Shown here one piece after another: positions 13,847 through 28,627 of a DNA stretch of 64,000 nt. Made by a program: the position numbers and the translations under genes. The notes below the pieces were generated by a model. The model was not told where the DNA came from and did not search any database. It saw only the letters and a list, made by a program, of their open reading frames with translations. Origin of the DNA: the human T2T-CHM13v2.0 reference genome, Homo sapiens; the NCBI RefSeq assembly GCF_009914755.1, contig NC_060930.1, one strand, 5' to 3'. Within the stretch, counting starts at the first letter, position 1. Each line of letters opens with the position of its first letter.

Positions 13847-16800
13847 TAGATATTTAAGCTTTAAAAATATAAAATGAGGCTAATATATTTTTCAGCTGCT
13901 TTCAATTAATAAAGGAAATTGCTCCTTTGAGATTATTAGGCTGTTTTAAGAATGTCAGGCAATTTTATAGGGAGCAGCCTATTTCTAATTCTTTTAGATT
14001 AGCAGAGGAAGAGCCGCTGATATGTTGCCCCCTGCCCGTTCTCACTGATTCTGGGTGAAGTAGTGCAGATATGTGGGTACATGCCATGAGCAATTTGTGA
14101 TTGTCTAGGACAAGGATAGCAGCTGCTACAGTATTTTTGGTGGATTGATCTTTCATTGCCTTGCTTCTTACCCTGGGTCAGCTTGCTGGGAGCATCACAT
14201 CTACAGAGTGGCTTTTATGAAACTCGAGCAGTGAGTTCACTTGTGCTTCCCTCTTATGTTTAACAAAAATATATCTCATGCCCATTTCTGTGACACTCAA
14301 ACTAGAATACAACTTATGTAACTACTGAAAGCAAAACCTATTTAAATATTGACTTCTTAAATACTTGCTTCACTTAGCATTTTTTAAATTCGATTTAATT
14401 AAATAATCTCATGTATAGAATATGACTATCATGCCAAAGCTATCTGATGGTAAAAAAGATGGGAACACAAAAAAAAGAAGGTTAATAGTGTAATATCCCA
14501 TAATATTGGTTTACTTAATTTGATTTTATAAAATAAAATTAAACATATGTAGGTCTACTTTTAGATAAAAAATATTCCTAAGGGCCTTCTATAGACCTCT
14601 CAATCCATGGACATCTGTCAATTATAAAATCTTCCTAAGTTTTAAGGCAGCTGCATGGCTAGGTCTAATGGCTGTCCAGGAGTTCCTGATGTACCATAAG
14701 GAGGATTTCAGAAACTTGTAGATCTCACCGAGTCATGACAGCAATTATAAACGGTTGACAATTACTGTTCTAATGAATGGACATTCACCTTTCATAAGCT
14801 TCCCAATTCTTATGCTTCTCTGTATAAACCCCTCCTTCCTGTTCACCTGTTACACCACATGGTGGCAGCCTTGTCTCTCATTTCCTTTTCTGTATGTTCA
14901 CAATAGGGATCTTGACTGCTGCTGTAGGTATCCAGTTAGGGAAAAAAGGAAAGGAGAATCCTCAGAAACCAAATAGGCAGAACCATGCCCTGGAGGAAAC
15001 TAGTAGAAAAAGTGGTATTTTCCTTATTTGTAAAACTGAATTAGGTGATTTGTAAAGTTCCGTCTAGCTTTAATTCATGATTCAAAGCTGAATTGATAGC
15101 AAAGTTGAACCTGCTAAGATTGGGCTTACACGTGAGAAGAGGCTGGTGGGCCAAAAACTTCATGGGCAAGCTCAGCAGGCACATTCCAGAGAGTGGTGAA
15201 ATAGTAAGAGAAAGTGCAGGCTGAGGACGCTTCCAGCATTTTCCAAATGAAAGGTATGAAAATAACGACCTCATCAAAACTCTTTGAAAGTATGAAGGTC
15301 TCCAGGACAAAAAAAAATTAAGAAAGATTATGATGGAATTTATGAATGAGCTAGAAAACACTGGTTCTGTGTTTAATTTCCATACCCTAGAAAATGTGCT
15401 AAAACCAACTCTTACGCATAAAACTGCCATCTCAGAAGAAAATTAGCATCAACTTCTAGTGTAAGCAACTCTGCTTAGAGGAGAAATATACTACCACCCC
15501 CATCCAACTAAGGCATAGTTTCAGGGGGAAAAAATTACTGATCAACAATATTGTAACTCCTCTGGAGAAAAAAATAAGTTAAAAGAAAGGTAGCCATCTG
15601 CATAATGTCTAAAAAAAGGGGGAGATGGAGAAGAATTTTGTCTTCTGCAATATTGTTCAGGAGAGAAAGTCATGTTCACTTTGCCTACAGATTTTGTCCA
15701 TTTGAGATCTGTGTACTTTTAAATAAGATACTATCCTTGTTTGATAATGCTTGCCACTGAAAATATTCAAGTATTTTTCCACGGATGAATTTCCTGATCA
15801 CTGATGATTTTTGTGATGGAGAAAATATCTTAGCTTCAGTATTTATTTGGGACGATGTAATCAAGTGTTTCAGAGCAGAAGTTTTAGAATCAGACAAAGC
15901 AAGTTCAAATTGTTGTCCTGACACTTGCCCAAGTTACTCAACCTAAAACTTTTCCTCATCTTTGTGGAGATACAAATGTAACACATAGGGTTGCTTCTGA
16001 GACAATGAATATAAAGTGCTGAGCCCAGTTGCTGGCACGTGGTAGATATATGACAAATGGCAGATAGTGATACTAATGACCAATTATTTCATTGAAGTTT
16101 TATTAGTTTTGATGGATATTTTTAATTGATTTCATTGTGTTTTTCAGACAATACCATCATGTACTAATAAAAATCACTTAACTCTGCTTTTATTAGTTAG
16201 TAATCTATCAGTTTTTTTTCTTATCTTACTGTATTGGCTAGAACTTCTAGAACAAACAAGGAGAAATAATGGTGATCAGAGAAATCTTTGTCTTAGCTTT
16301 ACTTTAACGAATGTGCTGCATTGACAAATAATACAACAGGAAAGACATCACAAATGACCCAAAGTCTCACTTTTCACCTATCCCATCCCCCTGCATCACA
16401 TCAAAAGAAAACACTATCCTGAATTGGGTGTTTATATCTTACTTTCTGAAAATTTATTTTTCTGAGGGTTTTTTTGCATTGCTTCAAAAGAGCTTTTGCA
16501 TATATGTTCAGTTTTGCTTGTCTTTGAGCTAGTATCATACTCTATGTAGTTTTTCCCAGTTACTCATCACTCTCAATATTAAATTGCTAATATTAATCCA
16601 TGTAATTGCTTCCAGCATTCATTTATTAATTTTTACTGCTATATTACATTCCTTTGTATAAACACACCACAATTTATGCATTCTACTTTCAAGAGACTTT
16701 TGGGTTGCTTATACTTTTTGCTGTTAACAACGTGGCTGTGAACATTTTTGTATATTGTCTCCTGGTGAATGGGTTATTCTGATTATTTCTAATAACATGA

Positions 16801-17919
16801 AATTGAGCATGTTTCCTTACTTTTTCTTTACATGTTTATCATATTATTGTGTTTCTCCTATATAATGCCTCTTAATGTCTTTTGCCCATTTTTCTACTGG
16901 GTCTTCTGTCTTTTTCTTATTCATTTATGGTAGTTTTTCATAGAAACTGGACACTACACCAACACTTTGGCATTTATGTAAGTTAGAAATACATTCTTCC
17001 AGTTTGTGGCTTGTCTTTTCACTTTATCTAAGGCGGGTTATTTTTTTTTCATGGATTAAGGATACTAATGTTGTATAATATAACTGTTTGATGATTGATA
17101 CTTTTTGTATCTTATATAAGAAATACGTCCCAATCCTGAGATCATATTCTTTCATATTTTCTCTAAAAAGTTTTAAATTTTTTCCTTCTTACTTGTCTTT
17201 AATTCACCTGAAATTAATTTTTCTATCTGATGTAAAGTAAGTGTCCTATTTTACTTTCTATATAGATAACCAATTTTCCTAGCACTGTTTGTGGAATAAT
17301 CTACCCATTCCCCACTGGAATCACCGTATAACCTCTGACATACACCAAGTTTCTATATGTAAGTGAGTCTGATTTTTGGCTTTCGATTCTGTTTTACTAG
17401 TCAATGTATTTATTTAATCCTACACCAGTGGCTCATCCTGCAGTCATATAGCTTTTAATGAATTCCGCTCATCGAAAGAGCAAGTCTTTCTTCCCAACCT
17501 TTCTTCCCAACCTTGATCTTCTTCAGGAGTGTTTGTCAAGTTCCTCTAAAAATCTTGTTGGGATCTAGACTGGAATTTGTACTGAATGTATAGATCAATT
17601 TGAGAAGAAATTACTTTTCTTTAAATATTGAGTTTTCCTATCTATTGAAATAGTGTATCTCTGAATTTATCTAAATCTCCTTTAATGTAACATAATTATC
17701 TTATTACATGTATTCCTAAGTACTTTGTTTGTTTTGTGGATTCTGTCAATATCATCCATTTTTGTAGTATATTCTCTCAACTATTTGTTGCTAGTTGAAG
17801 TAGACATAGTGAATTGACCCTCAGTTTTATTACCAGCCTTTTCCAGAGTCACCACCTGATTGCCATTGTCATTCCCAGAAGAGGATGGACAGCTAAAATC
17901 TACATCTTGCAGATTCTCA

Positions 17920-18311
<392 letters not shown>

Positions 18312-18495
18312 GTAAGGCAGAAATCACCTTTCTGTTGCTTCGGTGGTTTTCGGCAAATAGGCAAGGTCACTGAGGTATGAAATTTGTCTGCAGCTCTGTT
18401 CTAGGATCCAGTCATATTTCACAGGTGCTGAGTTTGAAAGGCAACTGAAGAAGTGGTTTTCTGATTTCAGAGTCCTGAACTGCAGCTTTAGAGAT

Positions 18496-18816
18496 TGCTA
18501 GGGTCTGAACGTTTGTGTCCTCCCTACATTAGTAAGTTGAAACCTAATCGGCAATGCGGTGGTATTAGGAGATGCGGTCTTTGGGAGATGATTAGTTCAT
18601 GAGGGTGGAGCCCTCATGAGTTGGATTAATGTCATTATAAAAGGGCTACCAGAGAGCTTCCCTGCCTTTTCCACCACATGAGGATGCAGGGCCCTCACCA
18701 GGCACTGGATCTGCTGGAGCCTTGATCTTGGACTTCCCAGCCTGTGAGACAGACATTTCTGTTGTTTATAAGCAGTTTGTAGTATTTTGTTATGGCAGCC
18801 TGAGCAGACTAAGACA
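18496..18816 (+). mobile_element. MaLR solo LTR (MST-like)
   Basis: tgctagggtctgaacgtttgtgtcc...gactaagaca. Confidence 0.8.
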
Positions 18817-20288
18817 GTGCTATATTCCTAAATGACAGTGGCAGTCTTCTGATTCTCTAAGTTACTTACTGTTGTCTTCTTTGAAGGGTAATTTCTGTTT
18901 TTCTGAGATTCACGCTGAAAAGCCCAGATCTTCTAATGATTTCATAAGCATCTAATCTCCTCTATTAAATCTGTTTCTATTTAAATAACTTAGAGTGGTT
19001 TCTATTTCCTGGTTGTTAACTAATATATAGGAATACAACTGATTTTTATATTTACATATTCATTTTTTAAAATGTAACAACCTTGCTGGACTCCTTTTTT
19101 TTTTAAGTGCTAGAATTACAGGCATGAGTTACCACAACCAGCCCTCTTTTTAAAAATTTTAATTGTTTACCTATAATTCTTTTGAATTTTCTATGTACAT
19201 GACCACAGCATCTGCTAGCATTGACTATTTTTTAAAATTTTTGTGTCTTTAATCTATTTTTCTTGCCATACTGAACTGGCTAGTACTCCAGCAGAGAGCT
19301 GGTTGAAATAAAATAGAAGTTTATTTGCAAATGTCTATTTTAATCTCATTCTTAAAAGGAAAGTTTTTGGCATTTCACCATTAGGTGTGATATTTGCAGT
19401 AAAGTTGTTATTATTATTTGAGAATAATCTTTATCAGTTTATGAAAGTTTGGTTTTATTTCTGATTTTGTAAGAGTTATGTTTTAAATTATAGATGCATA
19501 TTAAAATTCATTAAATGCTTTCTGTGTATCCATTGAAATATTCATCTAATTTTCTTCTTTAATCTATTCATTTAGTAGATTACAATTATTTATTTCTCAT
19601 ATGAAAGCAACCTTACATTCCTGGGATAAACTCACTCGATCATGGTGTATTCACTTGTTTATATATTGGCTAATATGTTAGGAGCTTTTCTGAGGTATAA
19701 TTAGCATAATAAACTGCACATTTATTATTTAAATGTGCAATTTGATAAATTTTGATGTGTGCATACACTCATGAAACCATCATCACAAGCAAGATAATGG
19801 ACATATTCATCACTCCAAAAAGTTTCCTTATGCCCCTTTATAATCTCTTTCTCCCACCCTTCTTTTTTATCCCTAAGGATACACTGATTTGCTTTCTGTC
19901 ACTATATATGGGTTTGAATTTCCTGGAATTTCACATAAATGAAATGATACAATATGTGCTCAGTTTTGCGTGACTTCTTTCCCTCAGCATAATTATAATT
20001 ATTTACAGATTCGTCTATGTTTTATTGCCTGTATCAATAGTACATTCCTTCTTATTTTTGAATAGTATTCCGTTTCATGGTGATACCACCATTTGTTTAA
20101 CCATTCACCTGTTGATGGATATTTGGATTGTTTCTTCATTTTGGCTGTTACAAATAAAGCTTCTTGAATATTTGTGTACAGTCTTTGAATAAACATGTTT
20201 TCTTGTGTTTTCTTTTTTATGGGATATCCAGATAAACATATGTATTCATTTCTAGAAGTAGAATGACTGAATCATATGGTTGGTATAG

Positions 20289-20694
<406 letters not shown>

Positions 20695-21344
20695 TAAAAG
20701 ATCCAGTTCTTTCTCATCTTTGTTAACACTTGATATGATCAGTTTTTTAAAAACTTTATCTATTTGAATAGCTATGTAGCAATATCTCGTTGTTGTATTT
20801 GCATTTCTCTAATGACTAATGACAGTTATCTTTTCATGTGCTTATTTGCTTTCTGTATATCTTCTTTGGCAAAATGTCTATTAAAATCTTTTGCTCCTTA
20901 TATTATTGAATTTTTCTTTATATTTGAGTTTTTAGAATCCTTTATAAGACATATGATTTGCAAATATTTTCTCCCAGTCTGTGACTTATCTTTTCATTCT
21001 CTTCACAATGTCTTCTGAAGAATAGAACATTTTAATTTTGAATAAGCTCAGTGAATTAGTCTATTCTTTAATGGACAGACTTTTGACGTCATATATAAGA
21101 AATAGTTGTCTAACCAGAGGCCATAAAGGTTTTTCCCTATCCTTCCTTCTAGAAATTTCATAGTTTTAGGTGTAGGATCCGTTTTGAATTAATTTTACAT
21201 ATGATACAAGGTACGGATTGGATTGAAGTTTTGTTTGTGTTTTTGCATGTGGCTACCAAATGATTCCGGTGCTATTGTTGAGAAGATTATCATTGTTCCA
21301 CTGTTTTATTCAAGAATTTTGCATTATGATTAAAACTGGCTGGT

Positions 21345-21386
21345 GGCCGGGCTCGGTGGCTCATGCTTGTAATCCCTGCACTCTGG
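21345..21386 (+). mobile_element. Alu 5' stub (about 40 bp) fused to L1 5'UTR
   Basis: ggccgggctcggtggctcatgcttgtaatccctgcactctgg then L1 sequence. Confidence 0.85.
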
Positions 21387-22458
21387 CCCAGATACTACGC
21401 TTTTCCCATGGTCTTCACAACCTACAGACCAGGAGATTCCCTCCAGGCCTACCCCACCAGGGCCCTGGGTTTCAAGCACAAAACTTGGCAGCCATTTGGG
21501 CAGACACCAAGCTAGCTGCAGGAGTTTTTTTTCATACCCCAGTGGCGCCTAGAATGCCAGTGAGACAGAACCGTTCACTCCCCTGGAAAGGGGGCTGAAG
21601 CCAGGGAGCCAAGTGGTCTAGCTCAGCAGAACCCACCTCCACGGAGCCCAGCAAGCTAAGATCCACTGGCTTGAAATTCTTGCTGCCAGCACAGCAGTCT
21701 GAATTCGACCTGGCATGCTAGAGCTTGATGTGGGGAGGGGTGTCTGCCATTACTGAGGCTGCAAGAGGCGGTTTTCCCCTCACAGTGTAAACAAAACTGC
21801 TGGGAAGTTCAAACTGGGCAGAGCCCATCACAGCTCAGCAAAGCCGCTGTAACCAGACTGCCTCTCTAGATTCCTCCTCTCTGGGCAGGGCATCTCTGAA
21901 GGAAAGGCAGCAGCCCCAGTCAGGGGCTTATAGATCAACCTCCCATCTCCCTGAGACAGAGCACCTGGGGGAAGGGATGACTGTGGGCACAGCTTCGGCA
22001 GACTTAAACATTCCTGCCTGCCAGCTCTAAGGAGAGCAGCGGGTCTCCCAACACAGCACTCAAGAGCTCTGCTAAGGGACAGACTGCCTCCTCAAGTGGG
22101 TCCCTGACCCCCGTGCCTCCTGACTGGAAGACACTTCCCAGCAGGGGTCGACAGACACCTCACATAGGAGAGCTCCGGCTGGCATCTGGCTGGTGCCCCT
22201 CTGGGACGAAGTTTCCAGAGGAAGGAACAGGCAGCAATCTTTGCTGTTCTGCAGCCTCAGCTGGTGAAAGAGGCAAACAGAGTCTGGAGTGGACCTCCAG
22301 CAAACTCCAGCAGACCTGCAGCAGAGGGGCCTGACTGTTAGAAGGAAAACTAACAAACAGAAAGGAATAGCATCAACATCAGCCAAAAGGACGTCCACAC
22401 AGAAACTCCATCTGAAACTCACCATCATCAAAGACCAAAGGTAGATAAATCCATGAAG

Positions 22459-23487
22459 ATGAGGAGAAACCAGTGCAAAAAGGCTGAAAATTCCAAAAAC
22501 CAGAAAGCCTCTTCTCCTCCAAAGGAACACAACTCCTGGAGAGCAAGGGAACAAAACTGGACAGAGAATGAGTTTGACAAATTGACGGAAGTAGGCTTCA
22601 GAAGGTGGGTAATAACAAACTCCTCTGAGCTAAAGGAGCATATTCTAACCCAATGCAAGGAAGCTAAGAACCTTGAAAAAACATTAGAGGAATTGCTAAC
22701 TAGAATAACCAGTTTAGAGAAGAACATAAATGACCTGATGAAGCTGAAAAACACAGCATGAGAACTTCACGAAGCATACACAAGTATCAATCAATAGCCA
22801 AATCAATCAAGTGGCAGAAAGGATGTCAGAGATTGAAGATCAACTTAATGAAATAAAACGAGAAGAAAAGATTAGAGAAAAAAGATGAAAACGAACAAAC
22901 AAAGCCTCCAAGAAATATAGGATTACGTAAAAAGACCAAACCTATGTTTGATTGGTGTACCTGAAAGTGATGAGGAGCATGGAACCAAGTTGGAAAACAC
23001 ACTTCAGGCTATTATCCAAGAGAACTTCCCCAACCTAGCAGGACAGACCAACATTCAAATTCAGGAAATACAGAGAACACCACAAAGATACTCCTTGAGA
23101 AGAGGAATCCCAAGACACATAATCATCAGATTCACCAAAGTTGAAATGAAGGAAAAAATGTTAAGGGCAGCCAGAGAGAAAGGTAGGGTTACCCACAAAG
23201 GGAAGCCCATCAGACTAACAGCTGATCTCGCTGGAGAAGCTCTACAAGCCAGAAGAGAGTGGGAGCCAAAATTCAACATTCTTAAAGAAAATAATTTTCA
23301 ATCCAGAATTTCATATCCAGGCAAACTAAGCTTCATAAGTGAAGGAGAAATAAAATCCTTCACAGACAAGCAAATGCTGAGAGACTTTGTCACCACCAGG
23401 CCTGCCTTACAAGAGCTCCTGAAGGAAGCACTAAACATGGAAAGGAACAACCGGTACCAGCCACTGCAAAAACTTACCAAATTGTAA
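22459..23487 (+). pseudogene. L1 ORF1p, disrupted
   Basis: Stop at 22759-22761, a tcaa duplication frameshift, further stop; C-terminal YPGKLSF/RPALQELL motifs. Confidence 0.9.
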
Positions 23488-23550
23488 AGACCGTCGACAC
23501 TGTGAACAAACTGCATCAACTAACAGGCAAAATAACCAGCTAGCATCATA

Positions 23551-26500
23551 ATGACAGGATCAAATTCACAGATAACAATATTAACCTTAAATGTAAATGG
23601 GCTAAACGCCCCTAATTAAAAGACACAGACAGGCAAATTGGATAAAGATTCAAGAGCCATCGCTGTGCTGTATTCAGGAGATCCATCTCATCTGCAAAGA
23701 CACACATAGGCTCAAAATAAGCAGAGGGAGGAATATTTACCAAGCAAATGGAAAGCAAGAAAAAGCAGGGTTTGCAATCCTAGTCTCTGATAAAACAGAC
23801 TTTAAACCAACAACGATCAAAAAAGACAAGGAAGGGCATTACATAATGGTAAAGGGATCAATGCAACAAGAAGAGCTAACTATCCTAAATATATATTCAC
23901 CCAATATAGGAGCACCCAGATTCATAAAGCAAGTTCTTAGAGACCTACAAAGAGACTTAGACCCCCAAACAATAATAGTAGGAAACTTTAATACCCCACT
24001 GTCAATATTAGATCCACAAGAAAAAAAATTAACAAGGATATTCAGGACTTGATCTCAGCTCTGGACCTAGCAGACCTAATAGAAATCTACAGAACTCTCC
24101 ACCCCAAATAAACAGAATATACATTCTTCTCAGCACAACATGACACTTATTCTAAACTTGACCACATAATTAGAAGTAAAACACTCCTCAGCAAATGCAA
24201 AAGAACGGAAATCATAACAGTTTCTCAGTCCACAGTGCAATCAAATTAGAACTCAGGATTAAGAAACTCACTCAAAACTGCACAACTACGTGGAAACTGA
24301 ACAACCTGCTCCTGAATGACTACTGGGTAAATAATGAAATTAAGGCAGAAACAAATAAGTTCTTTGAAACCAATGAGAACAAAGACATAATGTACGAGAA
24401 TCTCTGGGACACAGCCAAAGCAGTGTTCAGAGGGAAATTTATAGCACTAAATCCCCACAGGAGAAAGCAGTAAAGATCTAAAATCAACACCCTAACATCA
24501 CAATTATAAGAACTAGAGAAAAAAGAGCAAACAAATTCAAAAGCTAGCAGAAGACAAGAAATAACTAAGGTAAGAGCAGAAGTGAAGGAGATAGAGACCT
24601 GAAAGACCCTTTAAAAAATCAATGAATCCAGGAGCTGGTTTTTTGAAAAGATCAACAAAATAGACTACTAGGCAGACTAATAAAGAAGAAAAGAGAGAGG
24701 AATCAAATAGACACAGTAAAAAATGGTAAAGGGGATATCACCACTGATCCCACAGATATACAAAGTACCATCTGAGAATACTATAAACACCTCTATGCAA
24801 ATAAACTAGAAAATCTAGAAGAAATGGGTAAATCCCTGGACACATATATCCTCCCAAGACTAAATCAGGAAGAAGCTGAATCCCTGAATAGACCAATAAC
24901 AAGTTCTGAAATTGAGGCAGTAATTAATAGCCTACCAACCAAAAAAAGCCCAAGTCCAGACAGAGTCACAGCTGAATTCTACCAGAGGTACAAGGAGGTG
25001 CTGGTACCATTCCGTCTGAAACTATACCAAACAATAGAAAAAGAGGAACTCCTCCCTAACTCATTTTATGAGGCCGGCATCATCCTGATACCAAAACCTG
25101 GCAGAGACACAACAAGAAAAGAAAATTTCAGGCCAATATTCCTGATGAACATCGATGTGAAAATCTTCAATAAAATACTGGAAAACCGAATCCAGCAGCA
25201 CATCAAAAAGCTTATCAACCACGATCAAGTCAGCTTCATCCCTCGGATGCAAGGCTGGTTCAACATATGCAAATCAATAAATGTAATTCACATAAACAGA
25301 ACCAATGACAAAAACCACATGATTATCTCAATAGATGCAGAAAAGGCCTTCAATAAAATTCAACACCCCTTCATGATAAAAACTCTCAATAAACTAGGTA
25401 CTGATGGAACATATCTCAAAATAATAAGAGCTATTTATGACAAACTGGCGGCCAATATCATACTAAATGGGCAAAACCTGGAAGCATTCCCTTTGAAAAC
25501 CAGCACAAGACAAGGATGCCATCTCTCACCACTCCTATTCAAAATAATATTGGAAGTTCTGGCCAGGGCAATCAGGAAAGAAAAAGAAATAAAGGGTATT
25601 CAAATAGGAGGAGAGGAAGTCAAATTGTCTCTGTTTGCAGAGGACATGATTGTCTATTTAGAAATCCCCATCATCTCAACCCCAAATCTCCTTAACCTGA
25701 TAAGCAACTTCAGCAAAGTCTCAGGATACAAAAATCAATGCGCACAAATCACAAGCGTTCCTATACACCAATAATAGACAAACAGAAAGCCAAATCATGA
25801 GTGAACTCCCATTCACAATTGCTACAAAGAGAATAAAATACCTAGGAATACAACTTACAAGGAATGTGAAGGACCTCTTCAAGGAGAACTACAAACCACT
25901 GCTCAAGGAAATAAGAGAGGACACAAATGAATGGATAAACATGCCATCCTCATGGATAGGAAGAATGAATATCGTGAAAATGGCCATACTGCCGAAAGTA
26001 ATTTATAGATTCAATGTTATCCCCACCAAGCTACCATTGACTTTCTTCATAGAATTAGAAAAAACTACTTTAAATTTCATATGGAACCAAAAAAGAGCCC
26101 ATATAGCCAAGACAATCCTAAGCAAAAAGAACAAAGCTGGAGGCATCACACTACCTGACTTCAAACTATACTACAAGGCTACAGTAACCAAAACAGCATG
26201 GTACTGGTACCAAAACAGATATATAGACCAATGAAACAGAACAGAGGCCTCAGAAATAACACCACACATCTACAACCATCTGATCTTTGACAAACCTGAC
26301 AAAAACAAGCAATGGGGAAAGGATTCCCTATTTAATAAATGGTGTTGGGAAGACTGGCAAGCCATATGCAGAAAACTGAAAGTGGACCCCTTCCTTACAC
26401 CTTATACAAAAATTAACTCAAGATGGATTAAAGACTTAAACGTAAAACTTAAGCCATAAAAACCCTAGAAGAAAACCTAAGCAATACCATTCAGGATGTA

Positions 26501-27395
26501 GGCATGAGCAAAGACTTCATGACTAAAATGCCAAAAGCAATGGCAACAAAAGCCAGAATTGACCTAATTGAACTAAATGGACCTAAAATGGAACTAAAAT
26601 GGGACCTAATTGAACTAAACAGCCTCTGCACAGCAAAAGAAACCACCATCTGCATGAACAGGCAACCTACAGAATGGGAGAAAATCTATCCATCTGACAA
26701 GTGGCTAATATCAAGAATCTGCAAAGAACTTAAACAAATCTACAAGAAAAAAACAACCCCATCAAAAAGTGGGCAAAGGATATGAACAGACATGTCTCAA
26801 AAGAAGACATTTATGTGGCTAACACACACATGAAAAAAAACTCATCATCACTGGTCATTAGAGAAATGCAAATCAAAACCACAATGAGATACCATCTCAT
26901 GCCAGTTAGAATGGCCGTCATTAAAAAGTCAGGAAACAACAGATGTTGGAGAGGATGTAGAGAAATAGGAACGCTTTTGCACTGTTGGTGAGAGTGTAAA
27001 TTAGTTCAACCATTGTAGAAGACAGTGTGGCAACTCCTTAAGGATCTAGAACCAGAAATACCATTTGACCCAGCAATCCCATTACTGGGTATATACCCAA
27101 AGGGTTATAAATCATTCTGCTATAAAGACACGTGCACACGTATGTTTATTGCAGCACTGTTCACAATAGCAAAGACTTGGAACCCATCCAAATGCCCATC
27201 AATGTTAGACTGGATAAAGAAAATGTGGCACATATACACCATGGAATACTATGCAGCCACAAAAAAGGATGAGTTCACGTCCTTTGCACAGACATGGATG
27301 AAGCTGGAAACCATCATTCTCAGCAAACTAACACAGGAATAGAAAACCAAGCACTGCATGTTCTTATGCATGTTCTCACTCATAAGTGGGAGCTG
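23551..27395 (+). pseudogene. L1 ORF2p (EN/RT), disrupted
   Basis: Starts MTGSNS; fragmented into multiple frames; RT FADD motif reads FAED near 25634-25645. Confidence 0.9.
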
Positions 27396-27620
27396 AACAA
27401 TGAGAACACATGGACACAGGGAGGGGATCATCACACACTGGGGCCTGTCAGGGAGTGTGGGGCTAGGGGAAGGATAGCATTAGGAGAAATACCTAATGTA
27501 GATGATGGGTTGATGGGTGCAGCAAACCACCATGGCACGTGTATACCTACGTAATAAACCTGCATGCTCTGCACATGTATCTCAGAACTAAAAGTATAAT
27601 AATAATTTTTTTTTAAAAAA

Positions 27621-28215
27621 GGAAACAAAGGGCTTTAGTACTTTCCCCACCTGTGAAGTCTACAAGCCGAATTCTTGCTCTCTCTGAGTTCTGGCCAGGA
27701 GGCTTCTCACCTAGTTCAAATTGTTACAAAGTTCAGCTAGAGAATTCCTTTTCCCCCTGGAGTTTTACCCCCTGCTCCTCTGGCCACCCTCCTGATGGAT
27801 CCCTGTGGTGCCAGGCAGGAATGGGCTGCTTGGGGACCCAGATTGCTCCCAGGGCCTTTCTGCTGCTACCTCTACCCCTGTATTTCACTCCACTCAGCTC
27901 TGTAACTTGCATCAGCTCCAGGTAAAGTTGGAAACTTCTCCCGCAAACAGACTGTCAGCTTCTCCAGTAGGGGTGTGTGTTTAGGAGAGGAGGGTCTCCC
28001 TTTCCCACTTCTGCAGTTGGGGCACTCACAGTATTTGGGGTATCTCCTGGGTCCTGCAGGAGCAGTCTGCTTCTTTCAGATGGTCTGTGGGTCCTCTCAG
28101 GATTGCTGGTTTGTTCTTGCAGTCAGTCTGGAGCTAAAATTCATAATGCAAGCCTCCGCATGCTGCCCTGACCAGAGCTGCAATCTAGTCCTGCCTTGTG
28201 TCCACCATGATCCCA
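27621..28215 (-). mobile_element. L1PB-type 5'UTR only
   Basis: Reverse complement starts gggatcatggtggacacaaggcaggactagattgcagctc, recalled as the L1PBa/L1PB1 5' end. Confidence 0.75.
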
Positions 28216-28258
28216 AAATGCCCTAGATGGGTCTCTCTTGTAAGCTGCATATAGTTAG

Positions 28259-28627
<369 letters not shown>

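Larger units (their letters stand above)
21377..27620 (+). mobile_element. Near full-length inactive L1PA (L1PA7-like), 5' end missing
   Basis: 5'UTR, ORF1 from about 22459 to 23487, ORF2 from 23551, L1PA7-type 3'UTR and A tail. Confidence 0.93.

Noticed and set aside
15200-15860. Unique-looking AT-rich stretch as a decayed pseudogene
   Set aside because: No recognisable protein motif, poly-A or TSD; would need tBLASTx.
21718-21750. Antisense L1 ORF0
   Set aside because: Start context is present but it reads MADTPPHIKL* and stops after 10 codons.
22453-27342. Long L1 ORF fragments (316 aa RT etc.) as an active retrotransposon or gene
   Set aside because: Multiple stops and frameshifts, FADD changed to FAED, and the 5' promoter tip is missing.
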